From: a virus
Taxonomy: Duplodnaviria > Heunggongvirae > Uroviricota > Caudoviricetes
Reading direction: 5' to 3' (one strand)
DNA: 18,596 nt
Virus record (IMG/VR): IMGVR_UViG_3300029107_000039
This document shows, one piece after another, positions 8,825-15,630 of the stretch (position 1 is the first letter of the stretch; each line of letters opens with the position of its first letter). The notes under the pieces are model-generated. The model was not told the DNA's origin, did no database searches, and worked only from the letters and a program-made list of their open reading frames with translations. The translations under genes and the position numbers were made by a program.

Positions 8825-10128
8825 TTCAGCGCCTCCTGCAAAACGGCTTCCATTTCACGCATCCGTTGAGCGAACAGGGACTGACTGCGCCACTCTTTTT
8901 GCTCGATAGCACCTACATCGAAACTGGCTTTTTTCAGGCGATAGTTCAGCCAGCGCGCGAAATCCTCGGCCACCTTACCCTGCCAGTCGTTTTTTTCACG
9001 CTCCAGTTTGAAAGCCTCATCTGACAGGCTTCGCCACGGATCCAGCCACAGTTGCTGGTGGCGCGGTAAGGCTGGTGATTGCGCGGACCATCCCTGCCAT
9101 TTTTCTTGTTGAAAAGAGGATGCCTGCATAAACAGCAAATCTATCAACTCATCAATATATTTCGCCCGTGTGGTACGGATATGAACATTATTTTTGTCAA
9201 CTTTCAGAAGATAGGTCATACGGGCGATAATGCCCGAGGCCGCCCGATTGAAATCGCCACGTAAGGCAAAAATACTGCGCATGTTTTGTGGTGCGCGATC
9301 CAGCGCCGCCCAGGTGGGCGGCATTGATGGCAACAGCCAGACACGGCCAACTCTGGCACTGTTTAGCAGGGAGATATTCTGTTGATTTCCACCTCCATAA
9401 TGCATCTCTGCAAGATTCGGGAAACGAATATCTGGCTGTGAGTGCCATTTACCTGCTTTGTGCGCATCGCGAATAGCTTTTGATTCCTCGCTAAAGCGCA
9501 CGGCAGTTAGCTTTTCATACATCACCTGTGCCAGCGAACTGGAAAACAGCGGGCAGAGCAGATGATAGCCATCATCGACAGGGAAATAGATTTGCTTCGA
9601 AAGTTTATGTGCTTTTATCCACTCCGAAGCATATGCTTCACTAAAGCATTCAACCCATTGTTTTAATTGTTCATCATCCAACGCAAAGGCATTTAATGAT
9701 TGATAATCACCACGTTTTAAGCTGGCGAGTAATGAATCACCGTTGGCTTCCGTTAGCAGTAGTTTTGCAACATCAAAAACGGCTGCATTGCCTTCAGCAT
9801 CCTCTTTAATAATTGCCAGTGATGCTGTATTTAAATATCCCTCGCTGACGAATTTCTCCAAATAACGCCCATATGCTTTGGAGTCACCATTACTATATTT
9901 TGCCCCGTGGGAGATTATCCTTATAGAACGAACACGTTTCGCCGCATCCGTTAACCAGTTACGTGGCAGGTAGCGTGCTTCGAGTTCCTGTCGCTCCAGA
10001 GCGATAACGCTGGCGTCCTCGCCCTGTTCCAACCGCTTTGCTGCTTCTTTTTCAAAGGCTTCGATCTTGGGTTGCCTTCGCGAAGCGATGTAGTCAGTGA
10101 TAAATTGTATTAGCGCCGTTTTTTCCAT
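8821..10128 (-). CDS. cas8f: Csy1 / Cas8f large Cascade subunit
   Basis: 435 aa. ATG at 10128 with AAGGAG RBS. Csy1-like motifs (KQIYFPV, GGGNQQNISLLNS, WLLPSMPP, QQLWLDPWR). First gene after the 324-nt gap following cas2-3. Confidence 0.9.
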   Translation of the reverse strand: MEKTALIQFITDYIASRRQPKIEAFEKEAAKRLEQGEDASVIALERQELEARYLPRNWLTDAAKRVRSIRIISHGAKYSNGDSKAYGRYLEKFVSEGYLNTASLAIIKEDAEGNAAVFDVAKLLLTEANGDSLLASLKRGDYQSLNAFALDDEQLKQWVECFSEAYASEWIKAHKLSKQIYFPVDDGYHLLCPLFSSSLAQVMYEKLTAVRFSEESKAIRDAHKAGKWHSQPDIRFPNLAEMHYGGGNQQNISLLNSARVGRVWLLPSMPPTWAALDRAPQNMRSIFALRGDFNRAASGIIARMTYLLKVDKNNVHIRTTRAKYIDELIDLLFMQASSFQQEKWQGWSAQSPALPRHQQLWLDPWRSLSDEAFKLEREKNDWQGKVAEDFARWLNYRLKKASFDVGAIEQKEWRSQSLFAQRMREMEAVLQEALK

Positions 10129-10195
10129 CTCGGCTCCTTTCGTTAATCCATCAAATTGAAGTTGCTCCCTGACTTCACTGAAAAATCTCCGTAGC

Positions 10196-10258
10196 CTAAC
10201 CAGACTTCAGTACAACGACACACACAGCAAAAGGGGCAACGCCCGTGGTGATAATCAT
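10196..10258 (-). other. Candidate 20-codon hydrophobic mini-ORF (MIITTGVAPFAVCVVVLKSG) with SD, immediately downstream of the crRNA-like target site
   Basis: Minus strand AGGTGA-actatcc-ATG ATT ATC ACC ACG GGC GTT GCC CCT TTT GCT GTG TGT GTC GTT GTA CTG AAG TCT GGT TAG. Below the 60-aa ORF-track threshold. Could be chance. Confidence 0.2.
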
Positions 10259-10268
10259 GGATAGTTCA

Positions 10269-10281
10269 CCTAGAGGTATCT
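10269..10281. promoter_or_regulatory. Predicted Cascade binding site: CC PAM plus 11-nt seed match to the spacer of the crRNA-like element
   Basis: Plus strand CC-TAGAGGTATCT at 10269-10281 equals PAM plus spacer positions 1-11 of the mini-array spacer (10400-10410). The match begins exactly at spacer position 1 and is lost from position 12 onward. Confidence 0.6.
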
Positions 10282-10288
10282 ACGTTTT

Positions 10289-10316
10289 AATCTAGTTAAA
10301 CCCATGAAATAACCAA
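10289..10316 (-). promoter_or_regulatory. Candidate minus-strand promoter whose predicted start abuts the Cascade target site (may drive the mini-ORF and/or csy1-4)
   Basis: Minus strand TTGGTT (plus 10311-10316), 16-nt spacer, TAGATT (plus 10289-10294); predicted TSS near 10281. Hexamers are weak; by-eye call only. Confidence 0.2.
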
Positions 10317-10342
10317 GAGTGATATTACCATGCATAAAATAT

Positions 10343-10371
10343 TTGCAACACAATGGTTTAATAACTAACAT
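10343..10371 (+). promoter_or_regulatory. Candidate plus-strand promoter for the crRNA-like RNA
   Basis: TTGCAA (10343-10348), 17-nt spacer, TAACAT (10366-10371); the predicted start falls inside the first pseudo-repeat, just before its hairpin. By-eye call only. Confidence 0.25.
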
Positions 10372-10452
10372 TCACGCACTGCCATCGGCAGCTTAGAAAT
10401 AGAGGTATCTCCGGATACGGACTTGTAAACTGCCGTACAGGCAGCTAACCCA
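10371..10452 (+). ncRNA. crRNA-like mini-array (pseudo-repeat, 25-nt spacer, pseudo-repeat), inverted relative to the cas genes; candidate Cre-type regulatory RNA
   Basis: Pseudo-repeat 1 (10371-10399) TTCAC-gca-CTGCC-atc-GGCAG-CTTAGAAA keeps the Cas6f hairpin stem and an exact 8-nt 5' handle. Spacer-like TAGAGGTATCTCCGGATACGGACTT (10400-10424). Pseudo-repeat 2 (10425-10452) GTAAA-CTGCCGTACAGGCAG-CTAACCCA has a perfect hairpin with degenerate flanks and ends at the cas2-3 stop codon. Confidence 0.65.
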
Positions 10453-13400
10453 TCACAGGTTGCGAAACACACCTAACCAGGGGTGATAACGCCAGTCATC
10501 GACCGCATCTTCTTCACTGGCCGGTACTCTCACTTCAGCAAACATTTCTCCAACACGCTGTATTTCACAACTTTGCTTATCAGCTAAATTCAACAAAACG
10601 TGTTGGTAATCCATCACGCCCCAGCAAGCGACGCCGCTGGCGCATCTCACCTCTTCTCGCCTGAAATTCCCTTGCGCTTTACGCTCGTTGTCGCCCGTGC
10701 GGGAATAGAAACGCGCTTCGCTTTCTTCATCATCCATATGCAGAAAAAACACTGCCTCCGGCAAAGGGGAATAACGAAATGGCGTCTGGCGCTGCATCCA
10801 GCCGTTCCAGCTTAGCGGTGCACGCCACCATTGCGCCGCCACCACATGTTTGCTTTTACTGCTCATCAATTCAGCGGATAAACGACTATGCTCAAGCTCC
10901 GCCAGTTTGTTGTCATTATTGGCAGACAGGATCCGCGGCAAGGCGTTAATCGTCCGGTAGTCCGCGATCGGAATCAGTTCGCAAATATCGTGGCTATTAA
11001 GCAAGTGTTCTTTTGTTTCGAAACCAGGCTTACAAAATGCGGGGGCTTTTTTCTGCAATGATTTGATATTACTACGCAAAATAACCAGATTCTCACTAGT
11101 CGGCACATTTCTACGGTGGCGCTGAATACGTCCGGCAAATTGAATTATCGAACGCATGGAGCTTGGTTCGATAATTCCCCAGTCCGCATCCCAGTCACGC
11201 CCCACCTCTATAACCGATGTCCCCAACACCACAAACAGATGGTGCGATTCCGGACGGTTATGTAAGGCTTCAGCAATATCCTCGTTGTTCCAGAAATCGA
11301 GTTCGTTATGGCGGGTAAAAGCGCGGTCCAGGCGCTTCTCAATATCTGAACGTACTGCCAGTGGATGTCGGGAGTGGTAAACACAATAATGAATGCAGAC
11401 ATCTTCTGGTGATGGAATGGCGATCAGGGCTTTGGTCACTGCGACCAGTGGATTGATATTCGCGAAGCGCACCAGGCCCAGCGAAACGGTTTTACCGCTT
11501 TCTTGCTGCTGGCGATGTGCCTGATGCAACTTCAGCATTTGCGCATGTACCGTCTGAGCCACGCTTTCGGTAACATCCTGAATCGCGTTTGATGCAGATG
11601 AAATAGAAGCAATACGTCCGAAATGCAGTCGTTCTTTTTCGGCCAACATTAACGCTCGTCGCGCAACAAACTTTTTGTGCGTCTCACGAAAAGTAGCGCC
11701 ATCGCCAATTTGTATGGCGTCGGCATCTTTTTCATCAAACCAGGCACAGCAAATATTGACGGGTCTGCCGTTCGTACCGCATGACGACTGCCACATTTTA
11801 CGCCCGGCAAGATAAGCCGCGAACAGCGCCTGAATCAGCCCTGGCGGCAACGTCGCGGAAGAAAGTAATACCCGCGTTCCCAACATTCCGGCCCAATTCA
11901 TCAGACGACATACTGCATGAAGATCGGCAATATCAAAGTCGTCAGGTTCATCGAGCACTAAATCGCTGGTTAACAAACGCAACATCGAAGGAAGCTGTTT
12001 TCCGCCTCGCACACCTTCGGTCGCAGAAATAAGATGATCAATGGTTGCTACCAGAATCGGTGCGCTTACTAACGCCTTAAGTTTGCTGTCATCCTTCAAC
12101 CATTTTTCCAGCGCCCCGGTATGCAGACTACCTTCATATTTAACAAACTGTTGCTCCTCTGCCAGCGATTCTTGCGAAGCACTTCCGCAATCATTGTCTG
12201 TTTTTTCCTGCTGCCACAGTTGCTTAACTGCCGCCGAACCAATCAGTACCGCCAGCTCATCCTCACCCAGTCCAAGCCGACTGCGCAGAGCATCGCCGGT
12301 TTGCAAAGTCAGCGTGCGCAATCCCAGCGCGACGGTAAAACGGCACCCTTCCCGCTCATCGGTAAGCGCATACATAATGCGGGCGTTAGCAAAGGTTTTA
12401 CCGCACCCCGTCGAGGCCATATTGACACCGAAAAAACCGTCTTCCCGGCTTCGCTCACGTAACGCACGTGCCACATCCCAGGCTTTATCCTGCCAACGAT
12501 ATTTCGCGTCTGTGGCCCGTTGGCTAAAGCCTTTATGTCGGGCAATTGCCGGAAGCGATGCACGTGTGTGCATCAGTTGCCGCCCAAGTAGATACGCATG
12601 ATGCGCGACGCCGACCAGATGCTCATCTACCCGTTGTTTGAGCGTGCCGCTCTGCCGATCGCTATTTGCCCAGACGATATAATTCGGGTCTTGCCATTTT
12701 TGCTGCGCGTCGTTAGATGAATAGTAGTGATCGGCAAGCATCAGGCAAAAACGCGCCATATGTAACGGAAACAGTTGCTCCATCTGCCCCCATTCCTTTA
12801 GGCCGATCGCGTTACACGCCCTACGGGCAATCTGACGCGCTTTTTCTCGCCAGCTCGCGCTTTGAAGCGGCGTTCCTGACGGAAATTGCCAGACTTGCTC
12901 GAAATCCTGTTGTGACCAGTCATTCTTACGGTGGTTAACGGCATTCCAGTCAGCATTGAGTTGTTTCTCCAGCCAACTATCACAGCCTTTACATGATTGT
13001 TCCGGTTGTGGCGAAAGATTCTCCGGCATTCGATGATGGGAAAGGATCAACCAGCCTACCGTTTTGGCGAGTGGTTGCAGCGAACTGAATGGACTATTTG
13101 AAAAATGAGGCGTGTCTTTTTGCAGGCACTCAAGGATCGCGGTTTCATCATCTGCCGTTAATTTCCCAAGTTTTTCCAGCCACACTTCGTCTGGCTGTTC
13201 ACCGACAAAAGCCTGAAAAAGCCGCAGCGAAATCCACTCATGCCGATAAGGCTGATAACTGCGGGCATTCTTTTGGGTCAGGCTTTGCTGAAAGCTGCGT
13301 CCTGCTTTACCAAAATCATGAAATAACCCAGCGATAGCCGCCAGCAGCGCAATACTTTCCGCGCACTGCCAGCGATTTTCTTCTTTTTTCACCAGGCTGG

Positions 13401-13686
13401 TTTGCGTTGTTCGATTTGTGGGAACGCGTCCCTGAGCATTAAAACGACGAATATTGCCGACAATCCACATCAACTCCGTTTGCCCATTCTTCTTCAGCCA
13501 GTGACAAGCCACTGCGGTATTTCGCCGGGCAGTTTTGCGCAGTAAACGGCGAAGTGTATTAACCCCTTCCAGAGTAATCACCGTTTGCCATGCGGCGTCA
13601 CCAGTGCGTTCGGCAAATTGATCAATAATACGGCAGCTCTCCACTCGAGCATTTTTTGTGCAGCGCGAGATAATCAGGACGTTCAT
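10453..13686 (-). CDS. cas3: Cas2-Cas3 fusion (type I-F signature nuclease-helicase)
   Basis: 1077 aa. N-terminal Cas2-like region, HD nuclease motif (LFHDFGKAG), helicase Walker A (STGCGKT) and DExD box (LVLDEPDD). Its ATG overlaps the cas1 stop (ATGA at 13683-13686). Confidence 0.95.
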   Translation of the reverse strand: MNVLIISRCTKNARVESCRIIDQFAERTGDAAWQTVITLEGVNTLRRLLRKTARRNTAVACHWLKKNGQTELMWIVGNIRRFNAQGRVPTNRTTQTSLVKKEENRWQCAESIALLAAIAGLFHDFGKAGRSFQQSLTQKNARSYQPYRHEWISLRLFQAFVGEQPDEVWLEKLGKLTADDETAILECLQKDTPHFSNSPFSSLQPLAKTVGWLILSHHRMPENLSPQPEQSCKGCDSWLEKQLNADWNAVNHRKNDWSQQDFEQVWQFPSGTPLQSASWREKARQIARRACNAIGLKEWGQMEQLFPLHMARFCLMLADHYYSSNDAQQKWQDPNYIVWANSDRQSGTLKQRVDEHLVGVAHHAYLLGRQLMHTRASLPAIARHKGFSQRATDAKYRWQDKAWDVARALRERSREDGFFGVNMASTGCGKTFANARIMYALTDEREGCRFTVALGLRTLTLQTGDALRSRLGLGEDELAVLIGSAAVKQLWQQEKTDNDCGSASQESLAEEQQFVKYEGSLHTGALEKWLKDDSKLKALVSAPILVATIDHLISATEGVRGGKQLPSMLRLLTSDLVLDEPDDFDIADLHAVCRLMNWAGMLGTRVLLSSATLPPGLIQALFAAYLAGRKMWQSSCGTNGRPVNICCAWFDEKDADAIQIGDGATFRETHKKFVARRALMLAEKERLHFGRIASISSASNAIQDVTESVAQTVHAQMLKLHQAHRQQQESGKTVSLGLVRFANINPLVAVTKALIAIPSPEDVCIHYCVYHSRHPLAVRSDIEKRLDRAFTRHNELDFWNNEDIAEALHNRPESHHLFVVLGTSVIEVGRDWDADWGIIEPSSMRSIIQFAGRIQRHRRNVPTSENLVILRSNIKSLQKKAPAFCKPGFETKEHLLNSHDICELIPIADYRTINALPRILSANNDNKLAELEHSRLSAELMSSKSKHVVAAQWWRAPLSWNGWMQRQTPFRYSPLPEAVFFLHMDDEESEARFYSRTGDNERKAQGNFRREEVRCASGVACWGVMDYQHVLLNLADKQSCEIQRVGEMFAEVRVPASEEDAVDDWRYHPWLGVFRNL

Positions 13687-14666
13687 TGGTCAGCCTTAGC
13701 CAGGGCCTGAGCCGTTTCCTGCAGAGAGGTGATCATGACATCCAGCGCATCCGCTTGTTGAAAGATATTGATGCAGCGTTGACGAAACTCCTGAGCATCT
13801 TCTCCCGCCATTGCAGCGATAAATGCTTGTGGCATAACAAGGGCATCTTTAATCAGATCGGCAAGGTCAAAAACGAGACCACCGCGACGGGTTTTACCGT
13901 GCATTACTGCTAAACCGTGCGGGATCCCGGTTACCCACGCCGCCACTGCCGCCAGGCCATACGCCAGATAATTACCCTGATCGAGGAAGCGGTTGGCCAT
14001 ATCAACTCCGCCACCCCGTTTTGCACGAGTAAAGTCGCCGTAGCCCACGGATTGACTCACCATTTTGTAGAGTGCTTTGGTCAATTTCGCCTCTACGAGC
14101 ATAAGCTGCGTATGGCTTTCTGCCATGTCTATTTCTTCACGAGTGCGATTTAGCAGAGTCTGCAGCGCACTGGCATCAGGTTGAAAGGCGTGTTCACGCT
14201 GCATTTTCGCGCTGGTCCAGTACTTATCAATATGTGTCAGACGAATTAACTGAAAACGTTTCGCGGCGGCAAGGCGTTTGTCTTCAACAAACCAAAAAGA
14301 AACCCACTGCTGAAGATATTCAGTAGGACGATATTCGCTTTGCGGACTGAGCCAGGAGACATCAACATCAACTTCATTTGCCGAATACAGCGGCGTGCCA
14401 TCCGTACCACAAAAACCCACCATCACTCCAGCATGGGCAAATTCACGCATCGCCGCCTGGGTAACGGACGTTCCCATCCCCAACATCAACGCCGTGGTAT
14501 TCGCAATGGGGATATTCCAGTAATACGACTCCTTGCCTTCACTGGTGACATACTCCACTCGCCCACCATTCACCTGCACCCGGCATTTTTCCAGATAATA
14601 AATATTGGCACGCCTGGAGTGGAGAATGGTTTTGAGATCAGAAGGAGTAAGGTAATTTGAAGACAT
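13683..14666 (-). CDS. cas1: Cas1 integrase (type I-F)
   Basis: About 327 aa from the ATG at 14666 (AGGA RBS): MSSNYLTPSDLKTILHSRRANIYYL...NIPIANTTALMLGMGTSVTQAAM...HGKTRRGGLVFDLADLIKD. Strongly Cas1-like. The ORF track begins at an upstream GTG at 14672. Confidence 0.95.
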   Translation of the reverse strand: MSSNYLTPSDLKTILHSRRANIYYLEKCRVQVNGGRVEYVTSEGKESYYWNIPIANTTALMLGMGTSVTQAAMREFAHAGVMVGFCGTDGTPLYSANEVDVDVSWLSPQSEYRPTEYLQQWVSFWFVEDKRLAAAKRFQLIRLTHIDKYWTSAKMQREHAFQPDASALQTLLNRTREEIDMAESHTQLMLVEAKLTKALYKMVSQSVGYGDFTRAKRGGGVDMANRFLDQGNYLAYGLAAVAAWVTGIPHGLAVMHGKTRRGGLVFDLADLIKDALVMPQAFIAAMAGEDAQEFRQRCINIFQQADALDVMITSLQETAQALAKADQ

Positions 14667-14837
14667 AAACACATCCTGTGATTATTTTTATTTGAAGGAG
14701 TTAGGATTAGTACAGCATTGATTTCTGTGTGAGAAATTGATTCTCGTCGCAATTATCACAATTGTTATTGTGTGTCACAGCTAATGGTTCGGAGTTGAGA
14801 GCGCCATAACGCAGCTAAATTTCTGCCATCATCGTAT

Positions 14838-15406
14838 TTGTGAAACTGCCTGTACGGCAGTGAACTGAGGTGCTTTTGACGGCCGTCCATGCCTTTGCTT
14901 TCTAAGCTGCCTGTACGGCAGTGAACCAGAACTGGATCGACAATGAATTCGGGGATCTTTTCTAAGCTGCCTGTACGGCAGTGAACTACGACCTGTTAAA
15001 AACAGACAGTGACGGCATTTTCTAAGCTGCCTGTACGGCAGTGAACTTTTTTGAGGTTGATTATGAGTGAGCCAGCCTTTTCTAAGCTGCCTGTACGGCA
15101 GTGAACGTGGTTGGCATGGCGCTCCCTGAGTCGAAAGATTTCTAAGCTGCCTGTACGGCAGTGAACAGGCAGAAGAAGAAATGGATGTAACTCACAATTT
15201 TCTAAGCTGCCTGTACGGCAGTGAACAATAACGCCCGCGACGGCGACCGGTAAAACGTTTTCTAAGCTGCCTGTACGGCAGTGAACTAGCAACAGGTGCG
15301 GAAAGTGGCGCAATACCCTTTCTAAGCTGCCTGTACGGCAGTGAACGTGTTGTTAGCCGCGCCATGTGCTTTCCTCCGTTTCTAAGCTGCCTGTACGGCA
15401 GTGAAC
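14838..15406 (-). CRISPR. Type I-F CRISPR array B: 10 repeats including a degenerate leader-distal repeat, 9 spacers; upstream of cas1
   Basis: Repeats start at 14838 (degenerate: TTGTGAAA instead of TTTCTAAG), 14899, 14959, 15019, 15079, 15139, 15199, 15259, 15319, 15379. Spacers of 32-33 nt at 14866-14898, 14927-14958, 14987-15018, 15047-15078, 15107-15138, 15167-15198, 15227-15258, 15287-15318, 15347-15378. Leader on the right. Confidence 0.95.
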
Positions 15407-15560
15407 TCAAATACTACACGCTTAGCCCATTGTTAATAAAGCGAAACCAGCAAAATTCCTTGTCCAGCCCCTTTTTTATCCTTGCCTTCCAGCAGCATTA
15501 ATTATCAATAACTTACCTTCGCCCTCAAAAATAGGGTTTTTACCGCCCCACCTCACAAAC
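15407..15560 (-). promoter_or_regulatory. Leader of array B
   Basis: AT-rich sequence adjoining the last exact repeat; shares the CCCCTTTTTT-containing motif with the array A leader. Confidence 0.5.
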
Positions 15561-15593
15561 AAAAAAATCCGTAACCTCTTACGAGATTACGGA
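15561..15593 (-). terminator. Rho-independent terminator of clpA
   Basis: Hairpin 15568-15593 (TCCGTAA ... TTACGGA). On the minus strand it is followed by T7 (plus A-run 15561-15567). Lies 38 nt after the clpA stop. Confidence 0.55.
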
Positions 15594-15630
15594 CTTTATC
15601 AACCTACTTAAAAGGCTTCACGACCCCAGA

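Noticed and set aside
10303-10368. Plus-strand mini-ORFs between the target site and the mini-array (ATG-AAA-TAA at 10303-10311; ATG CAT AAA ATA ... TAA at 10330-10368)
   Set aside because: No convincing SD, and they overlap the candidate promoter for the crRNA-like RNA. Considered chance ORFs in AT-rich sequence, though the second contains a rare ATA codon.
10600-13337. Plus-strand ORFs inside cas2-3 (for example 12041-12601 at 186 aa, 12121-12462, 11781-12032, 12717-12938, 13089-13337)
   Set aside because: Antisense to a strongly supported 1077-aa cas2-3 frame, with no RBS and low-complexity Ser/Ala/Arg-rich translations typical of the reverse frames of a GC-balanced gene. Treated as spurious.
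14673-14837. CRP-like half-sites (TCACA ... TGTGTGTCACA) in the region between cas1 and array B
   Set aside because: Half-site spacing does not fit the TGTGA-N6-TCACA consensus. May still hold the cas1/cas2-3 promoter, but no specific site could be supported.
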